Source: a virus (lineage: Duplodnaviria > Caudoviricetes). From it: a DNA stretch of 64,000 nucleotides. The translations under genes and the position numbers were made by a program. Numbering within the stretch: the first letter of the stretch is position 1; every line of letters begins with the position of its first letter. The stretch lies in the IMG/VR virus record IMGVR_UViG_3300023213_000432, positions 64,001 to 128,000 of that record. One strand, given 5' to 3'. Positions 39,995 to 50,410 of this stretch are shown in pieces. A model generated the notes under the pieces. That model saw nothing but the letters and a program-made list of their open reading frames with translations. It searched no databases and was not told the DNA's origin.

Positions 39995-41327
39995 AAATTT
40001 GATTATTGGATCGCTATCATATAGTGATGCTGCAAGAAAATTGGGAATAAATCCTAGTACGATCATTCGATATTGTAAAAAATTCGAAATCAATATTGAC
40101 CACTTCGATCCCTATAAGGATCGCAAAAGCCCACCTAAACTTGAGTTGGCAGGACAAAAATTCAATAGATGGACTGTAATTCGAGAGGTAGAAAAACCCC
40201 GAAATAAACCATCCAATTCTTACTGGGAGTGTCAATGTGATTGTGGCACAATTAGAGTGTTGAGTGGAAATGTGGTTAAGACCGGACATTCAAAGTCGTG
40301 CGGCTGTTTGCGTTCCGAGAAATCTGCCGAAAACATTATAGGATTCCATCCGCAGCAGATTAAATATACTCCTCAAGAGGCAACTGCTCGTCGAGCATTT
40401 AGAAACTACGATGATGGATATTTATCATTCGAAGAATTCTTTGAATTGTCCAAATTTAACTGTCAATATTGCAACATTGTCCCATCTAACTTGGCTAAAT
40501 CAGAAAACTTATCTGACTATTTTATTAAGAATGGAAATTTCGCATACAGCGGTCTTGATAGGGTAGATAGTTCTAAACCACATTGCATTGACAATATTAT
40601 CACTTGTTGTATGTATTGCAATAAGGCTAAAAGTGCATTGGAAATGTCTCAATTTATAAAGCATCTTATCAGAATGATTGGATATCGTTCGTTAATGTGG
40701 TTAGATAGTTATTTGAATGTTATTCCTCCATCCATTATTCATTTGCCAATATTATTCAATAGATCAAATGATTATTTAACACCCTTTGATGGAGATATTG
40801 TTCCTGGGATTATCATTGGCAAATGGACGATTATTGCTGAAGCCGGACCAGATGAGGGCGGTCGAAAACGAATGTGGTGTAGATGCGTGTGTGGTATTGA
40901 AAGATCGGTTGATGCTTATAGTATAGCGAAAGGTACTAGTCGCTCTTGCGGTAGTCCACAATGCTATCAACTATATACCCCGATTATCTACAAAGCCAGA
41001 ACGATTTGGAGTAGTAGATATAAAGACGGTGATTTGATTTTTGAAGATTTTTATACACTCACACAAATGAATTGTAGTTATTGTGGGCGACCGCCATTTC
41101 GCACTGTCTTTGCTAAAGACAGCTCACTATTTACCTACAATGGATTAGACAGAATTGATCCATCTGTAGGACATTTTACATCTAATGTTGTACCTTGTTG
41201 TTATGACTGCAATAAGGCCAAGAATGATCGCACGCTCTCCCAATTTGATCAATGGCTTACCAACATCAATACCCACTTCATCCTATCTGGCAAAGCCGCC
41301 GAATATCTGGCTAAATTTGCATCCTAG
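39954..41327 (+). CDS. HNH-type homing endonuclease with an internally duplicated module
   Basis: Two copies of [G.K..(R/K)WT..W.C.C.CG..SCG ... C.YC..GLDR(V/I)D..H..N(I/V)..CC..CN.AK]. Confidence 0.88.
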   Translation: MMPKRLNIDKIAFENLIIGSLSYSDAARKLGINPSTIIRYCKKFEINIDHFDPYKDRKSPPKLELAGQKFNRWTVIREVEKPRNKPSNSYWECQCDCGTIRVLSGNVVKTGHSKSCGCLRSEKSAENIIGFHPQQIKYTPQEATARRAFRNYDDGYLSFEEFFELSKFNCQYCNIVPSNLAKSENLSDYFIKNGNFAYSGLDRVDSSKPHCIDNIITCCMYCNKAKSALEMSQFIKHLIRMIGYRSLMWLDSYLNVIPPSIIHLPILFNRSNDYLTPFDGDIVPGIIIGKWTIIAEAGPDEGGRKRMWCRCVCGIERSVDAYSIAKGTSRSCGSPQCYQLYTPIIYKARTIWSSRYKDGDLIFEDFYTLTQMNCSYCGRPPFRTVFAKDSSLFTYNGLDRIDPSVGHFTSNVVPCCYDCNKAKNDRTLSQFDQWLTNINTHFILSGKAAEYLAKFAS

Positions 41328-42870
41328 CATGCCCAAGCTCTCCTTCGATGACATTCGCCAACAAGCCGATGCCCTTCTTGACAAGGCTCTTTTTGCCAAG
41401 ACCGAGGAAGAGGCTCATGAGGCATACAATACTTATTTAGCATTTTTGGAAGCAGTTAATTGGACTCCGGCAGAATATGACGCACAAATTGCCAAACGAC
41501 TAGATGAAATAGTCCCACCCGAAAGATGGGAAGAAACCGAAGATCCATTCAAACCTGTTCCTAAGAAAATTCTGAATTAATTCATCGATAGAAGAAAGTA
41601 AGTTATGCTCCGTTTTATCTGGTTTTTAATCATGGGCGCGTGGAGATACCCGTGGGAAATAAATGTTCCGTTGCTCCCGTCCCCTCAAAAAATAGAATGC
41701 CCTAATTACGAATGTGGAGCAAAGATATCGTCTCTATGCTCTGATGGAAGATGTCGTTATCATTGTCGTCTAAGATGCGAGTGCGAAAAGAAACCATTAA
41801 TTCAATTTCTGCCAGAACCTAAATCGTATTCCGAACAACCATACCGATAAACTTTTAAGGTTTTATGAGCCTATTTTCTAAATATACATTCTATTGCAAT
41901 AACTGTGGCAAAGAACTCAAGATTGAATGGATGAAAATGTTGGGCAGAACCTTTAAGGTTTGTTCAAAAGAATGTATAGATGCTATAGAATTAAAAATTG
42001 CTAGATCGATATTGGGAGAAGAAAACAAAAATAATGAAGAGATCAGATAGTATTGTCGATACGTTTTGTCGCGCCGGTATTCTTGGTAGTATTTTATCCT
42101 GTGGGTTTTTATATTTAAAATTAGCTGGAACTCTCAGTTGGTCGTATTGGTGGGTGTTTGCACCATTGTGGATTGGCACAGGCATTATTTCTTTAGGGAT
42201 TGGGACTATTTTGTTAGGGTTGTATTTATTTAGAAAAATGTACTGCGAATGAGGTGATTTAATGGATTGTAAAATCTGCTTACGAGAATACAAAGATCGT
42301 CCTAATGATTTATGCGATTACTATTTGCATTGGCAGAGCTATGTGTATAAATTGGAAGCCAAAGGATTGATTGAAAAACGAGAACCGCCAAAGTTTGCGA
42401 TTGGTGACAGAGTTAAAATTGCAGTTGGAAAAGCTGGAACGATTGAAGATATTTACCCTCGTTCCCGAAGAGCCTCGCAGCATTATAATGTCAGGATTGA
42501 TGATAGAGAATTTACAATAAGAGTGGCTGAATGTGACTTGAGTAGAGTTGAATGAAACCTATGACTGAGCAAGATCTTATTGAACAAGAGACCCAAAAGA
42601 TCGTTGATTGTTGTAGCCACCCTGCTGGTTTCGATATTGGCAATGGTGGAATGTTATGTCTTCGTCCTACTGATGAAGCATCTCCGCCCAAGACTTGGGA
42701 AGTAGATTGGAGTGAATGGGAAGATGATCTTTCTAAGTTGAATCAGGCATTCCCATGGCATCATTGCAAAAACTTCGATAACTTAAAAGACGCGGCTCGT
42801 TTCTTCGTGGAGAAAAGACGTTCGATGAAACTTGGATGCGATTATTTGGGCAAGAAAGCTAAGCAGTAGA

Positions 42871-43902
42871 CTAGATATGTTTCCAAGTCCGTCTATGGAC
42901 AATGTGGGCTATTGTTTGATTTGTGCACTTATATTCATCTGCCAAAGCTTGTTGGGTATAATTATTGGTTGCCCATTTGGATCGGATCTCCAAGATATTT
43001 TGTTCGGTTAATCCATATTTGTTTTTGGTTCTTTTTCTTGGACGCTCTTTTGAAGGGAGTATCGCGATACCATGCCTACGAAGTATGTTTTTCACGCTGG
43101 TTGAAGATATGTTATATTCTTTGGCAAGAACTTTCATTTCGATTAAGTGATCGACATATTTAGTTATAAGATCAAGTTCTTGTTCATTGGTTAGGCGACG
43201 GCAATTTAATCCGTTGATTGCTGCTCTTTTGCTTTTAATTCGCTGAATATCTTCTTCGGTAATGATGGAGTGCCCCCTGATCGCTATATAAGTCCCATGA
43301 ATGATACTATGGATAGCGTGGGTATTATATTTAATGGTCAATTCTTCAAAGGGAGTATGTTCGTTGAGATATTCTTGCTGGATTGCAAGACATTCCTCTA
43401 ATGAGAGATCGCATTGTTTGATGTTCATTTGATTGAATTTTTCTTTGTTTGTTTCAATGTATTGCGCTCGGGCTGCTGACATTATCGCAACCGCTTCTGG
43501 TGAGTGTTTTTTTCCAAAGAATGGATTTGCTTTACCAAGGTATTTCTCTTTTTTATGTTTACTCATTTTCTTTTTGGCTTTTTCAGTGTGCTTGTAGCCA
43601 GATGCTCCGTCTCCCCCTTCGGTTATGTTGTATCCGATATTATCATTGCGGGTACCATACATCGCGATATATCGTTTTTCAGCTTCCAAAGCATCGGATT
43701 CTATTTCAAATCTTTCAACCTCTTCTATTTTAAAGTTCTCAAAACCGTATTTGTTTATGGCTCGATGAATATAGCTGTAGTCGTTAGGATCTTGTTTCCG
43801 AGCTGCTGCTTTATGTCCGTTCCATCGCATTCTTATATTATTAGTTTTACCAAAGTAAATTTTATTATTTAATAAATTAGTTATTTTATAGATATACCAC
43901 AT
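42871..43902 (-). CDS. GIY-YIG homing endonuclease with NUMOD3 and HTH repeats
   Basis: YIYKITNLLNNKIYFGKT..RW; GYNITEGGDG; HTEKAKKKMS; NPFFGKKHS. Confidence 0.9.
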   Translation of the reverse strand: MWYIYKITNLLNNKIYFGKTNNIRMRWNGHKAAARKQDPNDYSYIHRAINKYGFENFKIEEVERFEIESDALEAEKRYIAMYGTRNDNIGYNITEGGDGASGYKHTEKAKKKMSKHKKEKYLGKANPFFGKKHSPEAVAIMSAARAQYIETNKEKFNQMNIKQCDLSLEECLAIQQEYLNEHTPFEELTIKYNTHAIHSIIHGTYIAIRGHSIITEEDIQRIKSKRAAINGLNCRRLTNEQELDLITKYVDHLIEMKVLAKEYNISSTSVKNILRRHGIAILPSKERPRKRTKNKYGLTEQNILEIRSKWATNNYTQQALADEYKCTNQTIAHIVHRRTWKHI

Positions 43903-43932
43903 GATCATACTATATATCATATCGTCTGGAGA

Positions 43933-46104
43933 TTGTTGATGAAAATTGAGTTTGCTGCTCCCAATGTTGAAGCGTCTGATGCATTCGTAGAGCGTATGTT
44001 CTCTATCGGAGATTACGGTGTAGTGTTTGATATTTTGCGCTCTAAACTTTATTCTAACCCAATAGCGTCTATTTGTAGAGAATATGCATCTAATGCGAGA
44101 GACGCAATGCGAGAGTGTGGAAAACCCACTGAACCGATCCAAATCCAACTTCCCAATAGTCTTGATCCAACTTTTAAAGTTAAAGATACGGGCGTTGGTA
44201 TATCTCCTGATCGAATTGAGAACGTTTTTATTAAATATGGATCTAGCACCAAACGAGATACTAATGAACTTTGTGGAGCATTTGGCTTAGGCGCTAAGGT
44301 CGCGTACTCTTACTCATCGGATTTCACCGTCATCACCAACTACAACGGCATCCAATACCATTACTCCTGTATCATCGACGAGACTCGCATCGGTAAGCTC
44401 ATCACCCTCTCCCAAAAACTCACCAAAGAATCCAATGGCACCACTATTTCTGTTCCCGTTCGTGAATCTGATTTCCGAGCCTTTTCCGACTATGTAGAAC
44501 GTGCTTGCCGTCATTGGAATCCGCGCCCCATAATAACCGGCAATTCCAAATTTACATGGATAGACGTCAAAAAAGTCATTGACGGCGCCAACTGGATGAT
44601 GAGTTCCTCTTCTGATTATAATAGCGATCGTGTCAAGTTAATCATCGATGGAATTGAATATCCACTGGATATTAGTGCTCTTAAAGATTATGCGGACAAT
44701 ACCCTAATCAATTCTGCACGCGGAACTATCTATCTTTACTTTGACAATGGATTGCTCAGTCTTTCAGCCAATAGGGAAAATGTTTTTCTTGATAAATCCA
44801 CTCAAAAGAAAATCGCTAAACGTCTCCAAGATGTTAAGTCGGAACTTACCAAAAACATTCAAGTCAAGATCGATAATTTCACCAATCTTTGGGAAGCTTT
44901 ATTATATCGCAACAAAGCCTTATCTGAATCTTTTTATCATCATGACTTTTTAGGTAAATTGACTTGGAAAGGGATGGAACTTAAAGTTGGTAATCTTAAA
45001 GTTGATTGTCCAGTTTATCTTTTCACCAAGGGAAAGTCACAACGATATGGTGCTGATCCGGAAAAGATCACCCGGAGTATGACTCGATTTCTATTGTTGG
45101 AAGAGAAAACTGACATCTATATTAATGATCTCTCTATCAAGGAGCCCTCCACCAAACACATCAAGAAAGCCTTTGAAGACAACAAAGATTTGAAAAATCT
45201 GATGGTTATTTGCCCCACAGATGATGTCAAAGTAGAAGATCTTAACCAATCTATTGGTTTGGATAAGATGAATCCCCAGCTTCTTTCCACTGTTACTCAA
45301 GCTAGTGGAAGGAAATATACTGCCCCATCTTCTCGTTTGTTAGTGTTTAAGAACGATGGTAATCATTTTTATCAAGTAGCCATTAATGACATTGAAACAG
45401 ATGTTAAACCAACTAAAGTGTTGTGTTTGCTTCATAAACAAAATGATCAGTGGTCTTATCAAAAAGAACGGTGGGCGGTCATTAAGGAAGGTAAGCAAAA
45501 TATTTATAATGATATTATGAATAAATTAATCCATTACTTTCGAGATGAGACTTCTTTTTATGGGGTGGATGAGAATGCTCCTAAGGATCGAATTAAAGAA
45601 GAGTTCGGAGGATTCATTTCCTTGGAAGATTTTATTCAAGAACGAGTGATTGATGATAAGAGCATTAATTACCCGGAAATAAAATTTATCAAAAATCATT
45701 GTGGAAACGTGGATGCCGATATGTTAAAGGATTGGGAAGAGTTTAAGTTGATGATTGAGGATCCTAATAGCCTTTTCTTTAAAAGATTGGAATTGCATGC
45801 TAAATTCCAAAAGACATGTAATATGGATGCTTTATTGTTATATCTTTATGAAGCTTTTAATGGGGATATGATGGTAAGTAAAATTAAAAGGTTTGCGGCT
45901 GATCATCCAGAGCTTGACATTATGGCTATGGAGATACAATATGGCAAACAATATCCGTTGCTGAAACATTTGGAAAAATGGGTCGTTGATGGTGATGGTA
46001 AGAGAAAAGGCATAGCACATTATATTAATTTAGTCGATGGTTCTTTAGAACAAGAAAAACAAAAGAAAGAAAAGAAAGAAAAGAAAGAAAAGGAAGACAC
46101 ATGA
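43933..46104 (+). CDS. rIIA: rIIA-like protein (GHKL/HSP90-type N-terminal ATPase)
   Basis: LYSNPIASICREYASNARDA; D.GVGISP; STK..N..GAFGLGAK; adjacent rIIB. Confidence 0.88.
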   Translation: MLMKIEFAAPNVEASDAFVERMFSIGDYGVVFDILRSKLYSNPIASICREYASNARDAMRECGKPTEPIQIQLPNSLDPTFKVKDTGVGISPDRIENVFIKYGSSTKRDTNELCGAFGLGAKVAYSYSSDFTVITNYNGIQYHYSCIIDETRIGKLITLSQKLTKESNGTTISVPVRESDFRAFSDYVERACRHWNPRPIITGNSKFTWIDVKKVIDGANWMMSSSSDYNSDRVKLIIDGIEYPLDISALKDYADNTLINSARGTIYLYFDNGLLSLSANRENVFLDKSTQKKIAKRLQDVKSELTKNIQVKIDNFTNLWEALLYRNKALSESFYHHDFLGKLTWKGMELKVGNLKVDCPVYLFTKGKSQRYGADPEKITRSMTRFLLLEEKTDIYINDLSIKEPSTKHIKKAFEDNKDLKNLMVICPTDDVKVEDLNQSIGLDKMNPQLLSTVTQASGRKYTAPSSRLLVFKNDGNHFYQVAINDIETDVKPTKVLCLLHKQNDQWSYQKERWAVIKEGKQNIYNDIMNKLIHYFRDETSFYGVDENAPKDRIKEEFGGFISLEDFIQERVIDDKSINYPEIKFIKNHCGNVDADMLKDWEEFKLMIEDPNSLFFKRLELHAKFQKTCNMDALLLYLYEAFNGDMMVSKIKRFAADHPELDIMAMEIQYGKQYPLLKHLEKWVVDGDGKRKGIAHYINLVDGSLEQEKQKKEKKEKKEKEDT

Positions 46105-46850
46105 ATGTTAAATATTTGATTACTGATAACAGTATTACTGTTCATTTTGATGGACAAACTCACATCGTAGCGCGAGGTGATGCTTTGTCGGAGCGTCTAA
46201 TTGAGGTGCTCCGAAGTGGAAAACATGAAGAAGTTCCTAATTTGGTATCTGCTTCCATGAGAATTACAAACTTTTCCAAAGGAAATTTTACCGTGGAAAA
46301 TGGAGACATCCTAGTTAATGGAATTAAAGCTCCGGATGCTTTGGGTAAAAAGATTGTCAAGTTTGCCAATGAAGGATTACCATATCAACCATTGGTGAAG
46401 TTCGCAGAGCATTTGCAACAAAATCCATCGAGACGATCGGTGGAAGAGTTGTTTATGTTTTTGGAGAAGAATGACCATCCTATTACTCCAGATGGATTAT
46501 TTATTGGATATAAGCGCATTCGTGCTGATTTCAAGGACATTTACTCTGGCACCTTTAACAATACACCGGGTGCGTTGGTGGAAATGGCTCGTCAGGAAGT
46601 GGATGAAGATGCGAATCAGACATGTTCTCGAGGGCTCCATGCCAGTAATTGGGAGTATTGCACCAAGCATTATGCTAGCAAAGATGCCGAGAGTGATGTT
46701 ATTGTAGCTTTGGAAATTGACCCTGCGGATGTTGTGTCGGTACCCGTGGATTATAATAATGCTAAAATGCGTGTTTCTAAGTATCGCGTTATAGAAGTTG
46801 TTAAAGAGCCATATCAAGAGGGCATAGTTATTCGAAAGGTTGGTCAATAA
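46101..46850 (+). CDS. rIIB: rIIB-like protein
   Basis: NPSRRSVEELF.FL..ITPDG.F..YK; CSRGLH; IDPADVVSVP.DYNNAKMRV. Confidence 0.92.
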   Translation: MNVKYLITDNSITVHFDGQTHIVARGDALSERLIEVLRSGKHEEVPNLVSASMRITNFSKGNFTVENGDILVNGIKAPDALGKKIVKFANEGLPYQPLVKFAEHLQQNPSRRSVEELFMFLEKNDHPITPDGLFIGYKRIRADFKDIYSGTFNNTPGALVEMARQEVDEDANQTCSRGLHASNWEYCTKHYASKDAESDVIVALEIDPADVVSVPVDYNNAKMRVSKYRVIEVVKEPYQEGIVIRKVGQ

Positions 46851-48206
46851 CCCATGACTAAACTCATGGGCTTGTGCGAAGGGAATCAGTCACTCTCTTT
46901 TGATCAAGTTAAAATATTGTACTAGACACAGATCAGAATAGGAGACGCAAGTCAAATAAAAGAAGATCAAATAGGCAGATCAGGATCGCTAATGACGAGA
47001 CTGGAAAAGATACGCTACTGGATGTTTCGCTAGTCTGTAGCCGCATTTCGTAAGAAATGCCAATATCTCATCGATAATTTTATGAGGTATTCGCTGTGTT
47101 TTGCTTATGTCGAAGCGAGTTGAACAAGGCACGTAAGTGCATTTTTTGAGGAAATAATAGAAATTGGTTCCCGTTATCGATAACCACAAACAACCATTAA
47201 TGCCTTGCTCTGAGAAAAGAGCCAGGAGACTTATGGAGAAAGGTAGCGCTATTTCATATTGGCAGAAAGGTATCTTTTGCATTCGTCTAACTAAAGAACC
47301 TTCTAACCGACAAACACAACCCATTGCTCTTGGGATTGATCCAGGAAGTAAAAGAGAAGGATATACTGTTGCTACTAGAAAAGCAGTAGTATTGAATATT
47401 ACCTCCAATACTCCGGGCTGGATTAAAAAACATATTGATACTCGAAGACAATTACGGAAAAGCCGAAGATATAGAAAAACTCCTTATCGTTCTTGTCGAG
47501 AAAATAGAGCTACTTTGAGGAAAGATCGTGTTCCTCCTTCCACCAAAGCAAGGTGGAATGCTAAATTGCGAATGGTTATTTTTCTTCTGAAAATTATTCC
47601 TATTACCATTATTAATGTAGAAGATGTTGCCGCTTACACTAAGAAAGGACAAGCAAAGTGGAACGTTTCTTTCTCTCCTTTGGAGGTTGGAAAAGTTTGG
47701 TTTTATCAAGAGATAAAAAACCTTGGAGTTCAGCTTCTCAAAACTGAAGGACATCAAACTCAAGAAAAACGAGATCAGCGCGGGTTTCAAAAATCATCTT
47801 CCAAGCTTAGCTATTCTTGGAATGCTCATAACGTAGATAGTCATGTTCTTGCGGAGATGGCGCTAGGAACAGAAATCTTTCCATATTATGGATTGTGGAA
47901 GATAGAATTTTTAGAATTTCATCGAAGACAACTTCACGTTCAGAATCCAATTAAGAATAGCATCAGAAAACAATATGGGACTACTATTTCTATGAAAATG
48001 CCCAGAGGATCTGTCATAAGACATAAAGGTAAGTTCTATTATCTTGGAGGAAGTAGCAAAGGTAGAGTTACTATTCATAGCGTCATTACAGGAAAGAGAA
48101 TTAAGCAATCTGTCAAGAAGGAGAATATTGTTGTTTTATATGCACAGAATAGGAGAGTTCAATTCCTCCCACGATTAAAATCGTGGGTCTCCTTGAACCA
48201 ATTTTC
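46843..48206 (+). mobile_element. isrB element, copy 2
   Basis: Same ends and omegaRNA as copy 1; followed by ATGA. Confidence 0.92.
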
Positions 48207-48210
48207 ATGA
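47164..48210 (+). CDS. isrB: IsrB, copy 2
   Basis: PLMP; GIDPGSK; VEDV; HNVDSH; no HNH. Confidence 0.9.
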   Translation: MVPVIDNHKQPLMPCSEKRARRLMEKGSAISYWQKGIFCIRLTKEPSNRQTQPIALGIDPGSKREGYTVATRKAVVLNITSNTPGWIKKHIDTRRQLRKSRRYRKTPYRSCRENRATLRKDRVPPSTKARWNAKLRMVIFLLKIIPITIINVEDVAAYTKKGQAKWNVSFSPLEVGKVWFYQEIKNLGVQLLKTEGHQTQEKRDQRGFQKSSSKLSYSWNAHNVDSHVLAEMALGTEIFPYYGLWKIEFLEFHRRQLHVQNPIKNSIRKQYGTTISMKMPRGSVIRHKGKFYYLGGSSKGRVTIHSVITGKRIKQSVKKENIVVLYAQNRRVQFLPRLKSWVSLNQFS

Positions 48211-48477
48211 ATCTATTAGACAAGTCTCTTTGGATACCAACTTTATTCGCTAATCGTTTGATGGCAGATTTAGCCAAAAATCATCTTTTGGATCATTTTC
48301 GATGGGAATGCACTATTGTAGTGGATGATGATGGGTATTATATAGTGCGCTTACCAGATAGTTTAAAGCCCGAAGAGTTTTGTCTCGGGCAAAGTTTTTT
48401 GCTGGCATATGCTCATGGATTTTCGGATCGTGGCATGCCAAATTTTAGGGACATTTAAAAAAGAAAGAAGAAAAAAT

Positions 48478-48864
48478 ATGAAGAATAAAATCAAAGATAA
48501 AATCAAACAATTGACGATCGATGAAAGTAAATGGACGGAAGGAACTTTATATAGTGATGGTTCTTATTGTGCGCTCGGGGCTCTCTGTAAATCTTTAGGT
48601 TATTCCGATCGAAAAATGAAGGGGTGCGCGTTTCCGCGCGATTTAGGAGATTACCCGGAGTGGATGGACAAGATAATCGAGAATGAAGAGTACGAAGATA
48701 TTTTGGGTGATTATCTACCTGATGTAGACGACAATTCTTTTCAGGAAATCGTTCCGGCAATTAATGACGATATGGACTTAGACGTTGAAGAAAAGAAATC
48801 TCTTCTTAGAAATGTTTTCAAGTGGGTTGGAATCGACCTTCACTTCAAAAAATCTAAGAAGTAA
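48478..48864 (+). CDS. Phage hypothetical protein (CCLG family)
   Basis: W..G..YCALG..INDD. Confidence 0.6.
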   Translation: MKNKIKDKIKQLTIDESKWTEGTLYSDGSYCALGALCKSLGYSDRKMKGCAFPRDLGDYPEWMDKIIENEEYEDILGDYLPDVDDNSFQEIVPAINDDMDLDVEEKKSLLRNVFKWVGIDLHFKKSKK

Positions 48865-48889
48865 TCGGATAATTCGGCATTATTTTATA

Positions 48890-49930
48890 ATGTCCGAAAG
48901 GTTAGAAGAAATTAATCCCAAGTTTCGACAACTTACCGATCTCCTTCTCTTTACAGATCGGGTTGATCTTGATCTCTCTAACTTCAAACATCTTTTTCGT
49001 GAAAATCATTCTAAGAATTTAATATACTTCTTAGAACGTTTAGAAAGATCTTTGGAGATTGCATGGGAAAATGGAGAGCAATTTTGGCAGCATCGTTTGT
49101 CTTTCTTGCTTTCTTTGCGAGAGAAGGGATTAATTTCCTGTCTTGATAAGCGTTTAGAAAAACGCTTTGTTACTTTGATGAAACAAAAATCTCAAATTAA
49201 CATCCAATATGATCTTCCTTATTTACAATACTGGACATATTGCAATGTGAAACGACAACGAGGAGAAAATCTTTTCACTGCCAAACAACAACTTATCAGG
49301 TTGCTGGATTATGTTAGTGTGGATAAGATGATCCCCATAATCCTTTCCTTTATTCCCTCAGTCTTTCGCAGTATTAATGAATTTGCGGAAATGATCACTC
49401 ACAAAATTACGCAATCCACTCGTTATTTTGATACCTTGTTGGCTTTAGAAAAACGAGGAATTGAATTTGATTGGATGCCATTATTGGAATTAACCAATGA
49501 AATTATCTTGGTGCGTCCTTATAATGAGAGGAATTGTCGCGCCTTTTTTGTTTTGTTGAACGATTCCTGTATCTTGTCGGAGATCAAAAAACACTATACT
49601 CCTTTACACCGAGAAGGCATTCTAGAAATTTTGGAAGAGTGTGATTATCGACGAATTGAAGAAAACCACCTTCGAAATATCAAAAACTTGATTGAATTGG
49701 ATGAAACTTTGGCGGATGAAATCGTGGAACGATATGCCGATAAATTATATCTTCATCCGATTCATCATAAGAAAGGCAACATCAATAAACTCATTAGAAT
49801 ATTGAAGAAGTTTCCTCAAGCTTCTTCTAAAAGATTATTGTTATATCTTTCTGTTAATGGATTAATGAAAGATATTGAAGAATTGGTTAAGCACCATAAA
49901 GAGCTGGAAGGATTAGTAGCTTTTGTTTGA
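48890..49930 (+). CDS. Helical hypothetical protein
   Basis: Long Leu-rich ORF; ATG 48890 lies inside a hairpin. Confidence 0.6.
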   Translation: MSERLEEINPKFRQLTDLLLFTDRVDLDLSNFKHLFRENHSKNLIYFLERLERSLEIAWENGEQFWQHRLSFLLSLREKGLISCLDKRLEKRFVTLMKQKSQINIQYDLPYLQYWTYCNVKRQRGENLFTAKQQLIRLLDYVSVDKMIPIILSFIPSVFRSINEFAEMITHKITQSTRYFDTLLALEKRGIEFDWMPLLELTNEIILVRPYNERNCRAFFVLLNDSCILSEIKKHYTPLHREGILEILEECDYRRIEENHLRNIKNLIELDETLADEIVERYADKLYLHPIHHKKGNINKLIRILKKFPQASSKRLLLYLSVNGLMKDIEELVKHHKELEGLVAFV

Positions 49931-49934
49931 GGGC

Positions 49935-49962
49935 TTGACATCGAAATGTAAATGGTTAAAAT
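49935..49962 (+). promoter_or_regulatory. Sigma70-like promoter
   Basis: TTGACA-16 nt-TAAAAT in an intergenic region. Confidence 0.65.
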
Positions 49963-50270
49963 GGGGGTTTAACTCAAATTTTGAAAAATGCATGCAAGGT
50001 GGTGCCTTGCTAGTGGGGCAAGCAGACCCATTAAAACGAGATTAACCCCTCGAAATCTCTGCCGGCTATGAGCACTCAAAAGAGTAAAAGTTCGGCGCCA
50101 AGGGACGTCGATATTATTGATCCGATGCTTTACGAAGGTTACTGCAAAGTGATATAAGTTTAGCAGGAACGATCATATCAAAGCAGACACTATCCAGAAA
50201 CGCAGACATTTGACTTTCGAGTCATTGTCGTCGAAACGGGTTAGATTGCATCCCGATACAACTCTTCAGA
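49963..50270 (+). ncRNA. Candidate structured non-coding RNA or long leader
   Basis: No ORF >30 aa seen on +; at least 7 helices by eye, including a TTCG-loop stem at 50205-50229. Confidence 0.45.
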
Positions 50271-50281
50271 ATTAGGAAATA

Positions 50282-50410
50282 ATGGCACCAACAAAGTTAG
50301 AAGTGGGACAGCGAGTTCGTTGTGTGTTCGCTTATCCGCATAAAGGCAAAACCGGCATTGTCCAGAAAGTAGATGCTATCGGATTAGATATTAAGTGGGA
50401 CGGTCAATAA
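50282..50410 (+). CDS. Small SH3/KOW-like protein; stop supplied by isrB copy 3
   Basis: LEVGQRVRC..GKTGIV..IKWDG. Confidence 0.6.
   Translation: MAPTKLEVGQRVRCVFAYPHKGKTGIVQKVDAIGLDIKWDGQ

Noticed and set aside
46060-46095. AAAGAAAGA-type tandem repeat at the rIIA 3' end
   Set aside because: Low-complexity KEK tail, no evidence of function
49963-50270. tmRNA, RNase P or tRNA
   Set aside because: No T-arm GTTCGA/CCA end, no GAGGAAAGTCC, no convincing tag peptide
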